IMG/VR virus record: IMGVR_UViG_3300013885_000007
Coordinates: 1 to 48,343 of that record
From: a virus
Taxonomy: Duplodnaviria; Caudoviricetes
DNA: 48,343 nt
Reading direction: 5' to 3' (one strand)
Shown: positions 27,682 to 37,251 of the stretch, piece by piece
Numbering within the stretch: position 1 is the stretch's first letter
Layout of the letters: each line of letters starts with the position of its first letter
Position numbers and translations under genes: made by a program
Notes under the pieces: generated by a model
What the model saw: only the letters and a program-made list of their open reading frames with translations
What the model was told of the DNA's origin: nothing
Database searches by the model: none

Positions 27682-28140
27682 TTGCCTCACCTCGAAACGG
27701 AACAGGGCGACACCAAAACTGAAAAAGAACTCATCACACCGAAGCTGGTGGACTGGCTGTTATACAATCTCCCTTACCTGAAAGAGCGATGCGAAGAGAT
27801 ACAGCCAGGGACATCCGGTGATATTATTCTCTTTTTCCCTCGGTCTAAGGGAGGGGTGAGCAGCAAGGTTGAGCGGATAGCGATCAAGCGGGCAACATTG
27901 ACACAGGTGATAGATGCTGTGGAGCGGGCAATCAGACGATTTGATAGGCGGCAACGGACCATCTACAGGTTAAAATACCGGGTTGGCTTGAGACCCTATT
28001 CCCGCATCGCTAAGAAGATGCATTACAGTGAGCGAAGCATCGAGGAGCATGTAAAAAAAATAAGGGATTTTGTGATGCAAGAAATTGATCAAGTTCCAAA
28101 GTCAGATCTTCGAGAATTCATGCGGGTTTGCGGGATCTAA
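27682..28140 (+). CDS. Late transcriptional activator (ArpU/RinA/sigma region 4-like)
   Basis: SSKVERIAI, C-terminal HTH IAKKMHYSERSI; last gene before terS. Confidence 0.75.
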   Translation: MPHLETEQGDTKTEKELITPKLVDWLLYNLPYLKERCEEIQPGTSGDIILFFPRSKGGVSSKVERIAIKRATLTQVIDAVERAIRRFDRRQRTIYRLKYRVGLRPYSRIAKKMHYSERSIEEHVKKIRDFVMQEIDQVPKSDLREFMRVCGI

Positions 28141-28210
28141 ATATGTGGCAAAATATGTGGTTTTTTTGCGGTTTTTTTGCGGGATTTGTATGTGGGATTT
28201 GCTATAATAT
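28141..28210 (+). promoter_or_regulatory. Putative activator-dependent late promoter
   Basis: Tandem TTTTTTTGCGG and TATGTGG repeats upstream of TATAAT (28205-28210), no consensus -35. Confidence 0.55.
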
Positions 28211-28268
28211 GCAGCAGGACAAACTATCTCTAAAACCAGGCCGCTCGACCCACGAAGAGGGGAGTAAG

Positions 28269-28394
28269 ATGGACAAAAAAGCTGCGATGAAAATATGTGA
28301 GTTGTGCCTGTTGGCTCTGTCGGGAGGAATTTTGGTGCTTCCTTTTTTAGGAGAGGGTGCACTTGATAAAACGCTGTTCTTCCCTGAGCAATAA
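28269..28394 (+). CDS. 41-aa hydrophobic peptide
   Basis: GAGGGGAG RBS; basic N-terminus then a hydrophobic stretch; followed by a hairpin at 28411-28430. Confidence 0.5.
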   Translation: MDKKAAMKICELCLLALSGGILVLPFLGEGALDKTLFFPEQ

Positions 28395-28434
28395 AGGGAA
28401 AGCATGATGGAGCCGTCCGGGAGGGCGGCTAAAT

Positions 28435-28450
28435 TATTTCACGTGAAATA
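28435..28450. promoter_or_regulatory. parS/NBS-hybrid palindrome, copy 3
   Basis: Perfect 16-bp TATTTCACGTGAAATA just upstream of terS. Confidence 0.85.
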
Positions 28451-28467
28451 TTCAGGATATTAGGCAG

Positions 28468-29502
28468 GTGGAGGTGATGGGCCGCACCGCAAAGCATAAC
28501 TGGGCAAAACTGTTCTTGGAATACAACCAGGGTAGATATAAATCCGCCCGCCAGTTTGCCGAGGCAAAAGGTTTGAACTATGACCGCCTGAAGAAGGAGT
28601 TCAAGAAGCTCCGGGACGGGGGACAAAACAGGAGCGAAAAACAGTCTCCGAATAAGGGCAAAAAGGGGCGAAAAACAGGGGCAAAAATTACGCCCCCAAA
28701 ACATACCGCTTGGGACGCCCTGAGAAAGCAGTTTACCGATTGGCCGAAGGAGAAACTGCAAGCCTACCTAGTGCAGATAGAGCAGCGTCTGGCTGAGCTG
28801 AATGCGGTTGACTACGAGGAACTGACCAAGGAGGAGCAGAAGGAACTCGGCCAGCTCCGGAGAGAGCGCCGGGCGATCCTCAGCGACCCCGATCCGGGAA
28901 AGCAGTGCACCGCCCACCGGCACGACGGCCAGCCGTGCAAGAACCCTGCCGAGCGCGGCAAGAATGTTTGCTGGGTGCACGGGGGGGCTCCGGGGATTGG
29001 AGCGCCAAGAGGCACTAGAAACGGGATGTTCAAACACGGCTTCTTTTGCAAGATATTCCCTGATGATCCTGAAACGAAAGAGATCATCGAGGAGATCGAC
29101 GCCAAGAGTCCGATCGACATTCTTTGGGATCAAATTGTGATCCAGTATGCTCAGATCGCTCGAGCGCAGAAGTTGATGTATGTGCGGGACCAGGATGATA
29201 TTAAAAAGCACCTGAAAAGAGTCAAGCACGGCGATACTTTTTCGGAGAAAGAATGGGAATTCCAGTATCCCTGGGACCGGCATGCCGCATTTCTTACTGC
29301 TCAGTCCAAGGCTATGGCCACTCTGGAGAGGTTGATTGCCCGTTACGAGGCGATGGCCACTGAGGAGCAGAAGCTGAAGGTTGCCAAGCTCAAGGCCGAC
29401 ATTGCGAGGATTACCGGCGGTGATGATGGTGGCACCGAAGACGACGGCTTTATCGATGCCCTGAGAGCTGAAGCGGCAGAGGTGTGGAGCGATGAAACTT
29501 AA
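28468..29502 (+). CDS. terS: Terminase small subunit
   Basis: N-terminal HTH, C..HGG and GAPRG..N..KHG motifs, YPWDRHA.FL.AQS.AM; precedes terL. Confidence 0.85.
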   Translation: MEVMGRTAKHNWAKLFLEYNQGRYKSARQFAEAKGLNYDRLKKEFKKLRDGGQNRSEKQSPNKGKKGRKTGAKITPPKHTAWDALRKQFTDWPKEKLQAYLVQIEQRLAELNAVDYEELTKEEQKELGQLRRERRAILSDPDPGKQCTAHRHDGQPCKNPAERGKNVCWVHGGAPGIGAPRGTRNGMFKHGFFCKIFPDDPETKEIIEEIDAKSPIDILWDQIVIQYAQIARAQKLMYVRDQDDIKKHLKRVKHGDTFSEKEWEFQYPWDRHAAFLTAQSKAMATLERLIARYEAMATEEQKLKVAKLKADIARITGGDDGGTEDDGFIDALRAEAAEVWSDET

Positions 29503-30757
29503 CATCGCTCCATTTAAATTTAAACCGTTTTCCAAGAAGCAGAAACAGGTCCTGACCTGGTGGATGGACGGTAGCCCGCACAAAGACAAGGATGCCATCA
29601 TCTGCGACGGCTCAGTGCGCGCTGGCAAATCTCTGGCCATGTCCCTGTCGTTCGTTATTTGGGCGATGGAGACATTTAACGGTGAGCAGCTGGGACTTGC
29701 GGGTAAGACTATCGGGGCCTTGCGGCGTAACGTTATCAACCTTCTGAAGAGGATGCTAAAGGGCCGCGGTTACAAGTGCCATGACCACCGGGCTGATAAT
29801 TACTTGATTATCTCTCGGGATGGACGCAGCAATAACTTTTATCTGTTTGGCGGTAAGGATGAGCGCTCACAGGACCTGATCCAGGGGATTACCCTGGCCG
29901 GCATGTTCTTTGACGAAGTAGCATTGATGCCGGAAAGCTTTGTCAACCAGGCTACCGCCCGCTGCTCTGTCGAAGGTGCCAAGCTCTGGTTCAACTGCAA
30001 CCCGGAAGGGCCTTATCACTGGTTCAATTTAAATTGGATTGACCAACTGGACATAAAGAACGCCCTGCATTTGCACTTCACCATGGACGACAACCCGAGC
30101 TTGTCGGAGCGGGTGAAAGAGCGGTACCGGCGTATGTATACCGGGGTGTTCTACAAGCGCTTTATTCTCGGTCTCTGGGCCCTGGCCGAGGGCGTCATCT
30201 ACGATATGTGGGATGAGGCCCGCCACATTAAACCCGCTCCCCAAAACTTGCGCCGGTTTATCGTGGCGGTTGACTACGGTACCAGCAACCCCTGCACATT
30301 TGGTTTGTATGGCTGGAATGACGGCCCAAAGCCCATGGTTCACTTGGTCCGGGAATATTGGTACGATTCTAAAGAGACCGGGCGGCAAAAAACCGATGCG
30401 GAATATGCAGATGACTTTGCGACCTGGCTTGGCGATGTCAAGCCGGAAGCAATTTACGTTGATCCTTCGGCGGCCAGCTTTATCGCCGAACTTCGGAAAC
30501 GTGGCTATGCAGTAAGCGACGCGAATAACGACGTTATAGACGGGATCCGGTTTGTCGCGTCTATGTTGAATCAAGATCGCTTTTTGGTTGATCCGAGTTG
30601 CGTCAATACAAGAAAAGAATTTGATTCTTATGTTTGGGACCCCAGGGCACAGTTGAAGGGTGAAGATAAACCGCTGAAGCAAAATGACCACGCTATGGAC
30701 CGCAACAGGTATGCTTTATACAGTCACTTTAATTACGAATCTATTCAACTTTGGTAG
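29492..30757 (+). CDS. terL: Terminase large subunit, PBSX family
   Basis: DGSVRAGKS, FFDEVALMP, NCNPEGP, VDYGTSNP, DHAMD. Confidence 0.95.
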   Translation: MKLNIAPFKFKPFSKKQKQVLTWWMDGSPHKDKDAIICDGSVRAGKSLAMSLSFVIWAMETFNGEQLGLAGKTIGALRRNVINLLKRMLKGRGYKCHDHRADNYLIISRDGRSNNFYLFGGKDERSQDLIQGITLAGMFFDEVALMPESFVNQATARCSVEGAKLWFNCNPEGPYHWFNLNWIDQLDIKNALHLHFTMDDNPSLSERVKERYRRMYTGVFYKRFILGLWALAEGVIYDMWDEARHIKPAPQNLRRFIVAVDYGTSNPCTFGLYGWNDGPKPMVHLVREYWYDSKETGRQKTDAEYADDFATWLGDVKPEAIYVDPSAASFIAELRKRGYAVSDANNDVIDGIRFVASMLNQDRFLVDPSCVNTRKEFDSYVWDPRAQLKGEDKPLKQNDHAMDRNRYALYSHFNYESIQLW

Positions 30758-30760
30758 GAT

Positions 30761-32938
30761 GTGATTCTATTGCCGTTATCACTGAGAGACAGACTAAAAC
30801 TCCTGGTCCGTGCGGCCATCGGAGTATTCTCCGACACTTCCGCCCAGCAGGCTTACGGGATGCTGGCCGGCATCCTCCCCGGAAGCGTAGGGCAGCCACC
30901 AAAACGGGGGACCAAAGAACTGCTAAACGCCTATAACGAAATGCCTTGGCTGCGGGCGGTTGTCAACAAAGTTGGTCGAAGCGTGGCTTCAACTTCCTGG
31001 CAGCTTTACGTAGTGCGCCGGGGCGGCAAGGCAGTCAAAGCGGCCAAACTGCAACGGGCAGATTACGTTACCCGGCAGAAGCTACTGACCGGGTATAAGA
31101 AGCAGGCGGAGCTGGTCGAGATAGAAGAGCATCCCCTGCTGGACTTATTGGACAACGCAAATTCCTTTCTTACCGGCCTGATTGCCCGGCAGTTAACCCA
31201 AACGCACCTCGATTTGATCGGCGAGGCGTTCTGGCTAAAAGAGCGCAATGGCGCGGGCAAGCCGGTAGCTTTCTGGCCTTTGCCGCCGGATTGGGTTATA
31301 AGCACGCCGACGCCTACGCACCGTTTTTTCCGGGTATCATTCCGGGCCTGGCAGGGCGAGATACCGGACACGGAAATCCTCTGGATAGCCGATCCTGATC
31401 CTACTAACCCATATGCCAGGGGGAGCGGTATAGCCCGGGCATTAGCCGATGAACTGGAGACGGATGAATATGCGGCCCGACACACAAAATCTTGGTTCTA
31501 TAACCGGGCCAGGCCGGATTTAGTGATCAGTGGAGATGGTTTGCGCCCGGAAGATACTGCCAGGCTGGAAGAGGACTGGCTGAGGAAAAACCAGGGTTTT
31601 TGGAAAGCGTTCAAGCCGTACTTCTTAAGCAAAAAGGTGGACATTCAAACTCTCAGCCAAACGTTCGAGAACATGCAACTGGTAGACCTGAGAAAGTACG
31701 AGCGGGACACGATTATTCAGGTATATGGGGTGCCGCCGGAAATCCTGGGCATCATCGAAAACTCAAATCGGGCTACCATCGAGGCAGCAGACTTTCTCTT
31801 CGCCCGGTGGGTGGTGCAACCGCGGCTGGAATTCCTGCGTGCGGTGCTACAGGAGCGTCTGGTGCTGGAGTTTGACGACCGGCTTATTCTGGACTACGAA
31901 AGCCCGGTTGCTGAGGACAAGGAATATAACTTGAAAGTAGCGCAGGCCGCCCCCTGGTCTATAACGGTGGATGAATGGCGGGAACTGCAGGGCCGGGAGC
32001 CGTTGCCGGATGAGCAGGGCAAAGTATATATGTTGCCGTTTAATGTATACCCCTCAAAGACGCTGGCCAGCCAGCCGCAGGAACAACCGCCGGTTAACAG
32101 CAGGCAAGAGATTTTAACGCAGGAAGAAGAACAGCAAGGCGGCAAACAAAATAAACCGGCTACCAAAGCGATTAACCATGATGATATAAAAAAGCTTCTG
32201 GCTGCAGTTGCGTTGGAACGGCTTATTGAGTATATGTCGCCTGTTTACCGCGATATAGTAACAGCTTTTGGGCAGGGGATGCTGGACAGTATTGGCATAG
32301 AAATTGGTTTTGACCTGCTGAATCCTCACGTGATATATTTTTTAAATACCGAGGCGGCGCAGTACATTAAGGGTATCAATGAGACGACCAGGAAGGCTCT
32401 GCAAGCGCAGCTGATTGAAGGGGTTGAAGCTGGGGAGAGTATTCCGAAGCTAACAGACAGGATTTCGGCAGTATTTGCTGATGCCAAAGGCCGACGGGCT
32501 ATTACCATTGCCAGGACGGAAGTGGTCAGAGCCTCTAACTTTGGCGGATGGGAAGGCATGAAGCAGGGCGGAGTTGAGGAAAAGGAATGGCTTGCTACCA
32601 GGGACAGCAGGGTGCGGGATAGTCACCTTGCAACTGATGGCCAAATCCAGCCAGTAGATAAACCGTTCACTTTAGGGAGCGGGGCGCAGGCCATGTACCC
32701 AGGTAATACTGGCATACCGGAGGAAGATATCAACTGCCGCTGCACGGTAGCCCCAGTGCTGGGCGGAAAGACAATGTATGATACTGAGGAGAAACGAGTG
32801 ATGGCTTGGAAGAAATATGATGCAGACCTAGGACCCTGGGAAAAACGTATGGAGATAGCAGCTAAGAAGGCGTTTCAGGAGCAGCAAAACGCTGTAATGG
32901 TAGAACTTAAACGATTAGCGCAAGAGGGGAATGATTGA
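30761..32938 (+). CDS. Portal protein fused to a SPP1 gp7/Mu gpF-like minor head domain
   Basis: HK97-like portal (HPLLDLL, YGVPPEILG, DEWRE); C-terminal IARTE, KEW..T.D.RVR.SH, INCRC. Confidence 0.88.
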   Translation: MILLPLSLRDRLKLLVRAAIGVFSDTSAQQAYGMLAGILPGSVGQPPKRGTKELLNAYNEMPWLRAVVNKVGRSVASTSWQLYVVRRGGKAVKAAKLQRADYVTRQKLLTGYKKQAELVEIEEHPLLDLLDNANSFLTGLIARQLTQTHLDLIGEAFWLKERNGAGKPVAFWPLPPDWVISTPTPTHRFFRVSFRAWQGEIPDTEILWIADPDPTNPYARGSGIARALADELETDEYAARHTKSWFYNRARPDLVISGDGLRPEDTARLEEDWLRKNQGFWKAFKPYFLSKKVDIQTLSQTFENMQLVDLRKYERDTIIQVYGVPPEILGIIENSNRATIEAADFLFARWVVQPRLEFLRAVLQERLVLEFDDRLILDYESPVAEDKEYNLKVAQAAPWSITVDEWRELQGREPLPDEQGKVYMLPFNVYPSKTLASQPQEQPPVNSRQEILTQEEEQQGGKQNKPATKAINHDDIKKLLAAVALERLIEYMSPVYRDIVTAFGQGMLDSIGIEIGFDLLNPHVIYFLNTEAAQYIKGINETTRKALQAQLIEGVEAGESIPKLTDRISAVFADAKGRRAITIARTEVVRASNFGGWEGMKQGGVEEKEWLATRDSRVRDSHLATDGQIQPVDKPFTLGSGAQAMYPGNTGIPEEDINCRCTVAPVLGGKTMYDTEEKRVMAWKKYDADLGPWEKRMEIAAKKAFQEQQNAVMVELKRLAQEGND

Positions 32939-32965
32939 TAATGATTAACCCAGAGATAAGAGGAG

Positions 32966-34408
32966 GTGTCTGGCTTGGGCAACAAGTTGAACGTTATAAG
33001 CATAAAAGAATTCAAGGAAAAGGCCCTGGCGAAGGAGGATGTCCAGGGCCTCGCTATTCGTAAGCAGTTTATTCTGGACGAAGTGAAGCAGGTGGAGGGC
33101 GAGGACCTGACCCTACAGTTTACCATTTCCACCGGAGCAATAGACCGGGATAACGACACTATTGACCCGGATGGCTGGAACCTGGAGAACTACATGAAAA
33201 ACCCGGTGGTGCTTTTTGCTCACGACTACCGCAGTTTGCCGGTGGCCAACTCGCTGGCGACATGGGTAGAGAACGGCAAGCTGAAAAGCCGGGCCAAGTT
33301 TACACCGCAGGAGCTTTATCCCTTCGGCTACATGGTCTATCAGTTCTACCGTGAAGGTTTTATGAAGGCTACGTCGGTGGGCTTTAACCCGGCCAAGTGG
33401 CAATTCAGCGAGGACCGGAAGTGGGGCGTAGACTTTCTTGAGCAGGAACTATTGGAGTACAGTTGTGTGCCTGTGCCAGCAAACCCGGAGGCTTTAATCG
33501 AAGCGACGGCCAAAATCGATACCTCTCCGCTCAAGGAATGGGCCGAAAAGGTGCTGGATGAATGGCACGAAGAGAAAGGGCTGTGGCTGCCAAAAAGCAA
33601 GGTTGAGGCAGTATTCGCCATGTTTGATAGCAAGAAGTCCTTCTTGGTGCCAGGCGCAAAAACCGAGGAGAAGGGCGCCATCTCCTACAACAGCGCACAT
33701 CCTGACGGCACACCTAAAGCCCCGGAGGATGAGGAATGGGACGGCCCGGCGGAAGTGGCTGATGCTGAAGTGGATGATCTCAAGATTATGTGCGCCTGGG
33801 TTGACAGCGAAAACGCTGATAAGAAGGGCGCATATAAACTGCCGCATCACAAGGCTGGCGGCCAGCACGCCGTTGTCTGGGGAGGGGTAAGCGCGGCCGG
33901 CAATGCAGTTATGGGCGCCAGGGGAGGCGTAGATATACCGGAAGACGATGTTGCCGGCGTCAAGGCTCATCTGTCCAGGCATTACCGGGAATTTGACAAA
34001 GTACCACCCTGGGAAACAGAAGAAGGTAGGGCCTATGAGGCAATAGCCAAACTGGATATTCCACAAGCAATAAAAGAGGACATTGGCCGGGTGTTACTAC
34101 CCGGTATTTTTGATGGTGCGAAGTCTGGTCGGGTGCTTTCCCGGGCTAACGAGGATCGCATCCGCCAGGCCGCTGCACTTCTAGAAGAAGTATTGTCCCA
34201 GTTAGCGGAGGAACCGGAGCAGGACAGCCATGACTCCGTTACTCATAAAGGTCAACAGCTGGAGGAACCCCTGTACTTCGAGCTTGCCGACAGCGAACCA
34301 GAGGACGAACCACAAACGAACCTTGACGTCGATCCAGAAATGCTGAAAAAAATGGTGCAGTCGGCTGTAGCAGAGAGTATCAGGGCTATCACCGGCAGGA
34401 TTGATTAA
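32966..34408 (+). CDS. Prohead protease with C-terminal extension/scaffold
   Basis: IDRDND, NPVVLFAHD, SVGF, EYS.VPVPANPEA. Confidence 0.88.
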   Translation: MSGLGNKLNVISIKEFKEKALAKEDVQGLAIRKQFILDEVKQVEGEDLTLQFTISTGAIDRDNDTIDPDGWNLENYMKNPVVLFAHDYRSLPVANSLATWVENGKLKSRAKFTPQELYPFGYMVYQFYREGFMKATSVGFNPAKWQFSEDRKWGVDFLEQELLEYSCVPVPANPEALIEATAKIDTSPLKEWAEKVLDEWHEEKGLWLPKSKVEAVFAMFDSKKSFLVPGAKTEEKGAISYNSAHPDGTPKAPEDEEWDGPAEVADAEVDDLKIMCAWVDSENADKKGAYKLPHHKAGGQHAVVWGGVSAAGNAVMGARGGVDIPEDDVAGVKAHLSRHYREFDKVPPWETEEGRAYEAIAKLDIPQAIKEDIGRVLLPGIFDGAKSGRVLSRANEDRIRQAAALLEEVLSQLAEEPEQDSHDSVTHKGQQLEEPLYFELADSEPEDEPQTNLDVDPEMLKKMVQSAVAESIRAITGRID

Positions 34409-34428
34409 CTAAATGGGAGGAATAAAAA

Positions 34429-35619
34429 ATGGGAAAGCAGATGACGGTTGAAGAACTGCGGGAAATGATTAAGTCGATAGTAGCCGAAGCCGTGGAGCCT
34501 TTAAAGCAGCAGCAGACTGATTGGGCTAGCAAGATTTTTGCTCAACCGCAGATTCCGGCACAGAAGGACCCCAAGGATATGGGGTTGGGAGCTGCCCGCT
34601 TCATCCGGGCACTGGCCGCGGGCAAGGGCGACCCTGAGCGGGCTGCCAAATACGTCACGCAGAACTGGAAAATGAATGAGGAAACCGAGGCACTTGTTAA
34701 AGCGTTGAATGAATCTACCCTGGCCGAGGGCGGCGCTCTGGTGCCCACCGAGTATGTGGCCGAGATAATTGAACTCTTGCGGGCCCGCGCCGTGGTAAGG
34801 TCCCTGGGTGCCGTATCCCTGCCCATGAACAGCGGTTCTCTGACCATACCCAAGTTGACTGGCGGGGCTACTGCTAGTTACATCGGCGAGGGGCAGAACA
34901 TACAGAAAACTCAACCGGCTACCGGGCAACTCCAGCTTTCTGCTAAGAAACTGGCGGCGCTGGTGCCTATTTCCAACGACTTGCTGCGGGATTCTTCGCC
35001 CAATGCAGACACCATTGTCCGGGACGACCTGGTTTCTGCTATGGCCCTGCGCGAGGACCTGGCCTTTATTCGGGACGACGGAACGCAAAATAAACCCAAG
35101 GGCATGAGGTATTGGGCTGCTACTGGGCATGTATTTCCCAGGACCCAGGACAGCGGGGCCAACACCCTGGTCACTGTAACCGCAGACCTGGCGGCCATGG
35201 TGAACAAATTGGAAAGTGCCGAAGTGCGGTTTATCCGGCCTGGTTGGATCATGACCCCGCGGACCAAATGGTTCCTGTGGCAGTTAAGGGATGCCAACGG
35301 CAACCAGGTATTTAAAGACGAGATTAACCAAGGGCGGTTGCTGACTTTCCCGTTCCGTGCAACCACCCAGATCCCTAACAACCTGGGTGTGGCAGGGGAC
35401 GAGAGCGAACTGTATCTGGCCGACTTTGCAGATATGATTATTGGCGAGAACACCGAGTTGATCATTGACGTGTCCACTGAAGCAGCCTACCACGATGGTT
35501 CTAATGTCGTGGCAGCCTTCTCTAGGGATGAGACAGTCATTCGAGCGATTGCGCGGCACGACTTCGGGGCTCGTCATGATGAATCTATCGCCGTGCTGAC
35601 GGAAGTTAACTGGTATTAA
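34429..35619 (+). CDS. Major capsid protein (HK97 fold)
   Basis: GGALVP.E....IIE.LR, YIGEG, KKLAALVPISNDLL. Confidence 0.92.
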   Translation: MGKQMTVEELREMIKSIVAEAVEPLKQQQTDWASKIFAQPQIPAQKDPKDMGLGAARFIRALAAGKGDPERAAKYVTQNWKMNEETEALVKALNESTLAEGGALVPTEYVAEIIELLRARAVVRSLGAVSLPMNSGSLTIPKLTGGATASYIGEGQNIQKTQPATGQLQLSAKKLAALVPISNDLLRDSSPNADTIVRDDLVSAMALREDLAFIRDDGTQNKPKGMRYWAATGHVFPRTQDSGANTLVTVTADLAAMVNKLESAEVRFIRPGWIMTPRTKWFLWQLRDANGNQVFKDEINQGRLLTFPFRATTQIPNNLGVAGDESELYLADFADMIIGENTELIIDVSTEAAYHDGSNVVAAFSRDETVIRAIARHDFGARHDESIAVLTEVNWY

Positions 35620-35626
35620 AATTAGC

Positions 35627-35650
35627 GGGGGCCGGGCAACCGGCCCTTTA
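35627..35650 (+). terminator. Hairpin/terminator after the capsid gene
   Basis: GGGCCGG-GCAA-CCGGCCC followed by TTT. Confidence 0.6.
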
Positions 35651-35662
35651 ATCTAAGGGAGG

Positions 35663-36076
35663 ATGAAAGGTATGCGAGTTACCGACATTGGAAGCTACAT
35701 TAAAGCGCTTGCCGGGTTTTCGCCACAGGCGGCGGCAGCTGGCACCATTAATGGAGCAGCTATTGACCGGGCAGGATTTCAATCGGCAGTTCTGCACGGG
35801 CGAACCGGAGCCGTAACGGGGACACCGACCGCTCAGACATACGATCTAAAGCTCCAGGAATCCGCCGACGGCTCCACGGGATGGACGGATATCGCGGGTG
35901 CGGCCATTGCGCAGATCGCTGCTGCGAATACCGAAGCTGAAGTGAATGTCAATTTGGCCGGGGCCAAAAGGTACATCCGGGTAGTTGGCACGGTGACTTT
36001 TACCGGCGGCACTACTCCCACGCTACAGGTAGCCTCCACCTTGGTGCTCGGCGGTGCTTCTAAACTGCCGGTTTAG
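35663..36076 (+). CDS. Putative capsid decoration/cement protein
   Basis: Follows the major capsid gene; Gly/Ala/Thr-rich beta protein with LQES.DG..WTD and KRYIRV. Confidence 0.65.
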   Translation: MKGMRVTDIGSYIKALAGFSPQAAAAGTINGAAIDRAGFQSAVLHGRTGAVTGTPTAQTYDLKLQESADGSTGWTDIAGAAIAQIAAANTEAEVNVNLAGAKRYIRVVGTVTFTGGTTPTLQVASTLVLGGASKLPV

Positions 36077-36089
36077 GCGGTGAAGGGCG

Positions 36090-36299
36090 ATGATCGTAGT
36101 AAGATTTAAAGTCGGCATGGCCCCATACCAAGCGAACGAACTGGCGGGCTTCCCGGAGGCGGAGGCCCGCCGCCTCATTCAAGCTGGGGCAGCTGAAGAA
36201 TACGCGGTCAAAAAATCGCAGGAAAAACCGCAAGTAAATAAGATGGTAAACGCTGCGCCGAATAAGGCTGAGCCACGCCCGAGAACCCGGAGGAAGTGA
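36090..36299 (+). CDS. Small head-associated protein
   Basis: A.RLI.AG.AE motif typical of small post-capsid genes. Confidence 0.6.
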   Translation: MIVVRFKVGMAPYQANELAGFPEAEARRLIQAGAAEEYAVKKSQEKPQVNKMVNAAPNKAEPRPRTRRK

Positions 36300-36304
36300 T
36301 CTGA

Positions 36305-36934
36305 ATGCTGGAAATCCTTACCCCGGCTGCCAACAGACAGCTAACCACCCTGGCGGCAGTCAAGGGTGAGTTGGGCATCCCGATGTCGGATGTTTCACAG
36401 GATACCCTGCTCACGTCCTTTATCGACCAGGCCAGCGATGCCATTGTCACCTTCTGCGGCCGGCCGTTCGCCAAGGAGGACTACCGGGAAACTCTGCCCG
36501 GCTACGGCACTAACCGCCTGATGCTCAGCCGGACACCCATTGTGACAGTCTCTTCCGTGGTGGCCGACAGCGAGATAATCACCGACTACCTGCTGGAGAA
36601 CCCGGAGGCCGGTATTCTCTTCCGCAAGCGCGGCTGGCGGTGGGCGCCAACCTTGGGCTGGAACATCACCTGGCACCCGGTAGGCAGTAGCGAAGATCTC
36701 AATTTTGTGGTGGAGTATACCGCTGGCTATGTGTTGCCGGGTGACCAGGGCACCAGGACACTGCCCCACGACATCGAGCGGGCATGTATTGAAACGGTGA
36801 AGGCTTGGTACAGTGCCAAGGAGCGCGACCCGGCCATAACCGGGGAGCGCATTGGTGATTACCAGGTGTCTTACGCACAGGGACTTCCGACCTCTGTGGT
36901 CCAGTTGCTCACCCCCTGGAGGCGGATAGTATGA
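36305..36934 (+). CDS. Head-tail connector (gp6-like)
   Basis: LTTLAAVK..LGI, YTAGY, P.DI..A, E.IGDY.VSY, L.PWR. Confidence 0.82.
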   Translation: MLEILTPAANRQLTTLAAVKGELGIPMSDVSQDTLLTSFIDQASDAIVTFCGRPFAKEDYRETLPGYGTNRLMLSRTPIVTVSSVVADSEIITDYLLENPEAGILFRKRGWRWAPTLGWNITWHPVGSSEDLNFVVEYTAGYVLPGDQGTRTLPHDIERACIETVKAWYSAKERDPAITGERIGDYQVSYAQGLPTSVVQLLTPWRRIV

Positions 36935-37251
36935 GACATTTGTTCAACAAAATCTTGACCCTCCAGCGCAAAACACGCATCGACGATGGCCAGGGCGGCT
37001 GGATCGAGGACTGGCAGGAAGTCGGCACTATCCAGGGCAGACTGCGCCCCGCGTCGGCGAGCGAACGCACCGCGGCGGCCCAGGAACAGGCTACCATCAG
37101 CCATGTATTTTACTGCGCTGCCGGCGAGGGCGTGCGCCGGGGGGACCGGGTAGTAACCGGCAGCCTGGTTGTAGAGATAACCGCTATCAGGGAGCCCAGC
37201 TACGCCGGGCATCATTTGGAATGCGAGGGAGTGGCGGTGCAAAGTGGCTAA
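36931..37251 (+). CDS. Head closure protein
   Basis: DGQGG....W, GDRV; gene order. Confidence 0.8.
   Translation: MRHLFNKILTLQRKTRIDDGQGGWIEDWQEVGTIQGRLRPASASERTAAAQEQATISHVFYCAAGEGVRRGDRVVTGSLVVEITAIREPSYAGHHLECEGVAVQSG

Noticed and set aside
28269-28394. Arbitrium AimP-like signalling peptide
   Set aside because: No AimR/RRNPP TPR receptor in the window and the location is atypical; kept only as an unexplained peptide.
28768-30691. Long minus-strand ORFs (323 aa, 220 aa) and many similar antisense ORFs elsewhere
   Set aside because: They shadow well-supported plus-strand genes, lack motifs and RBS, and are expected at this GC content.
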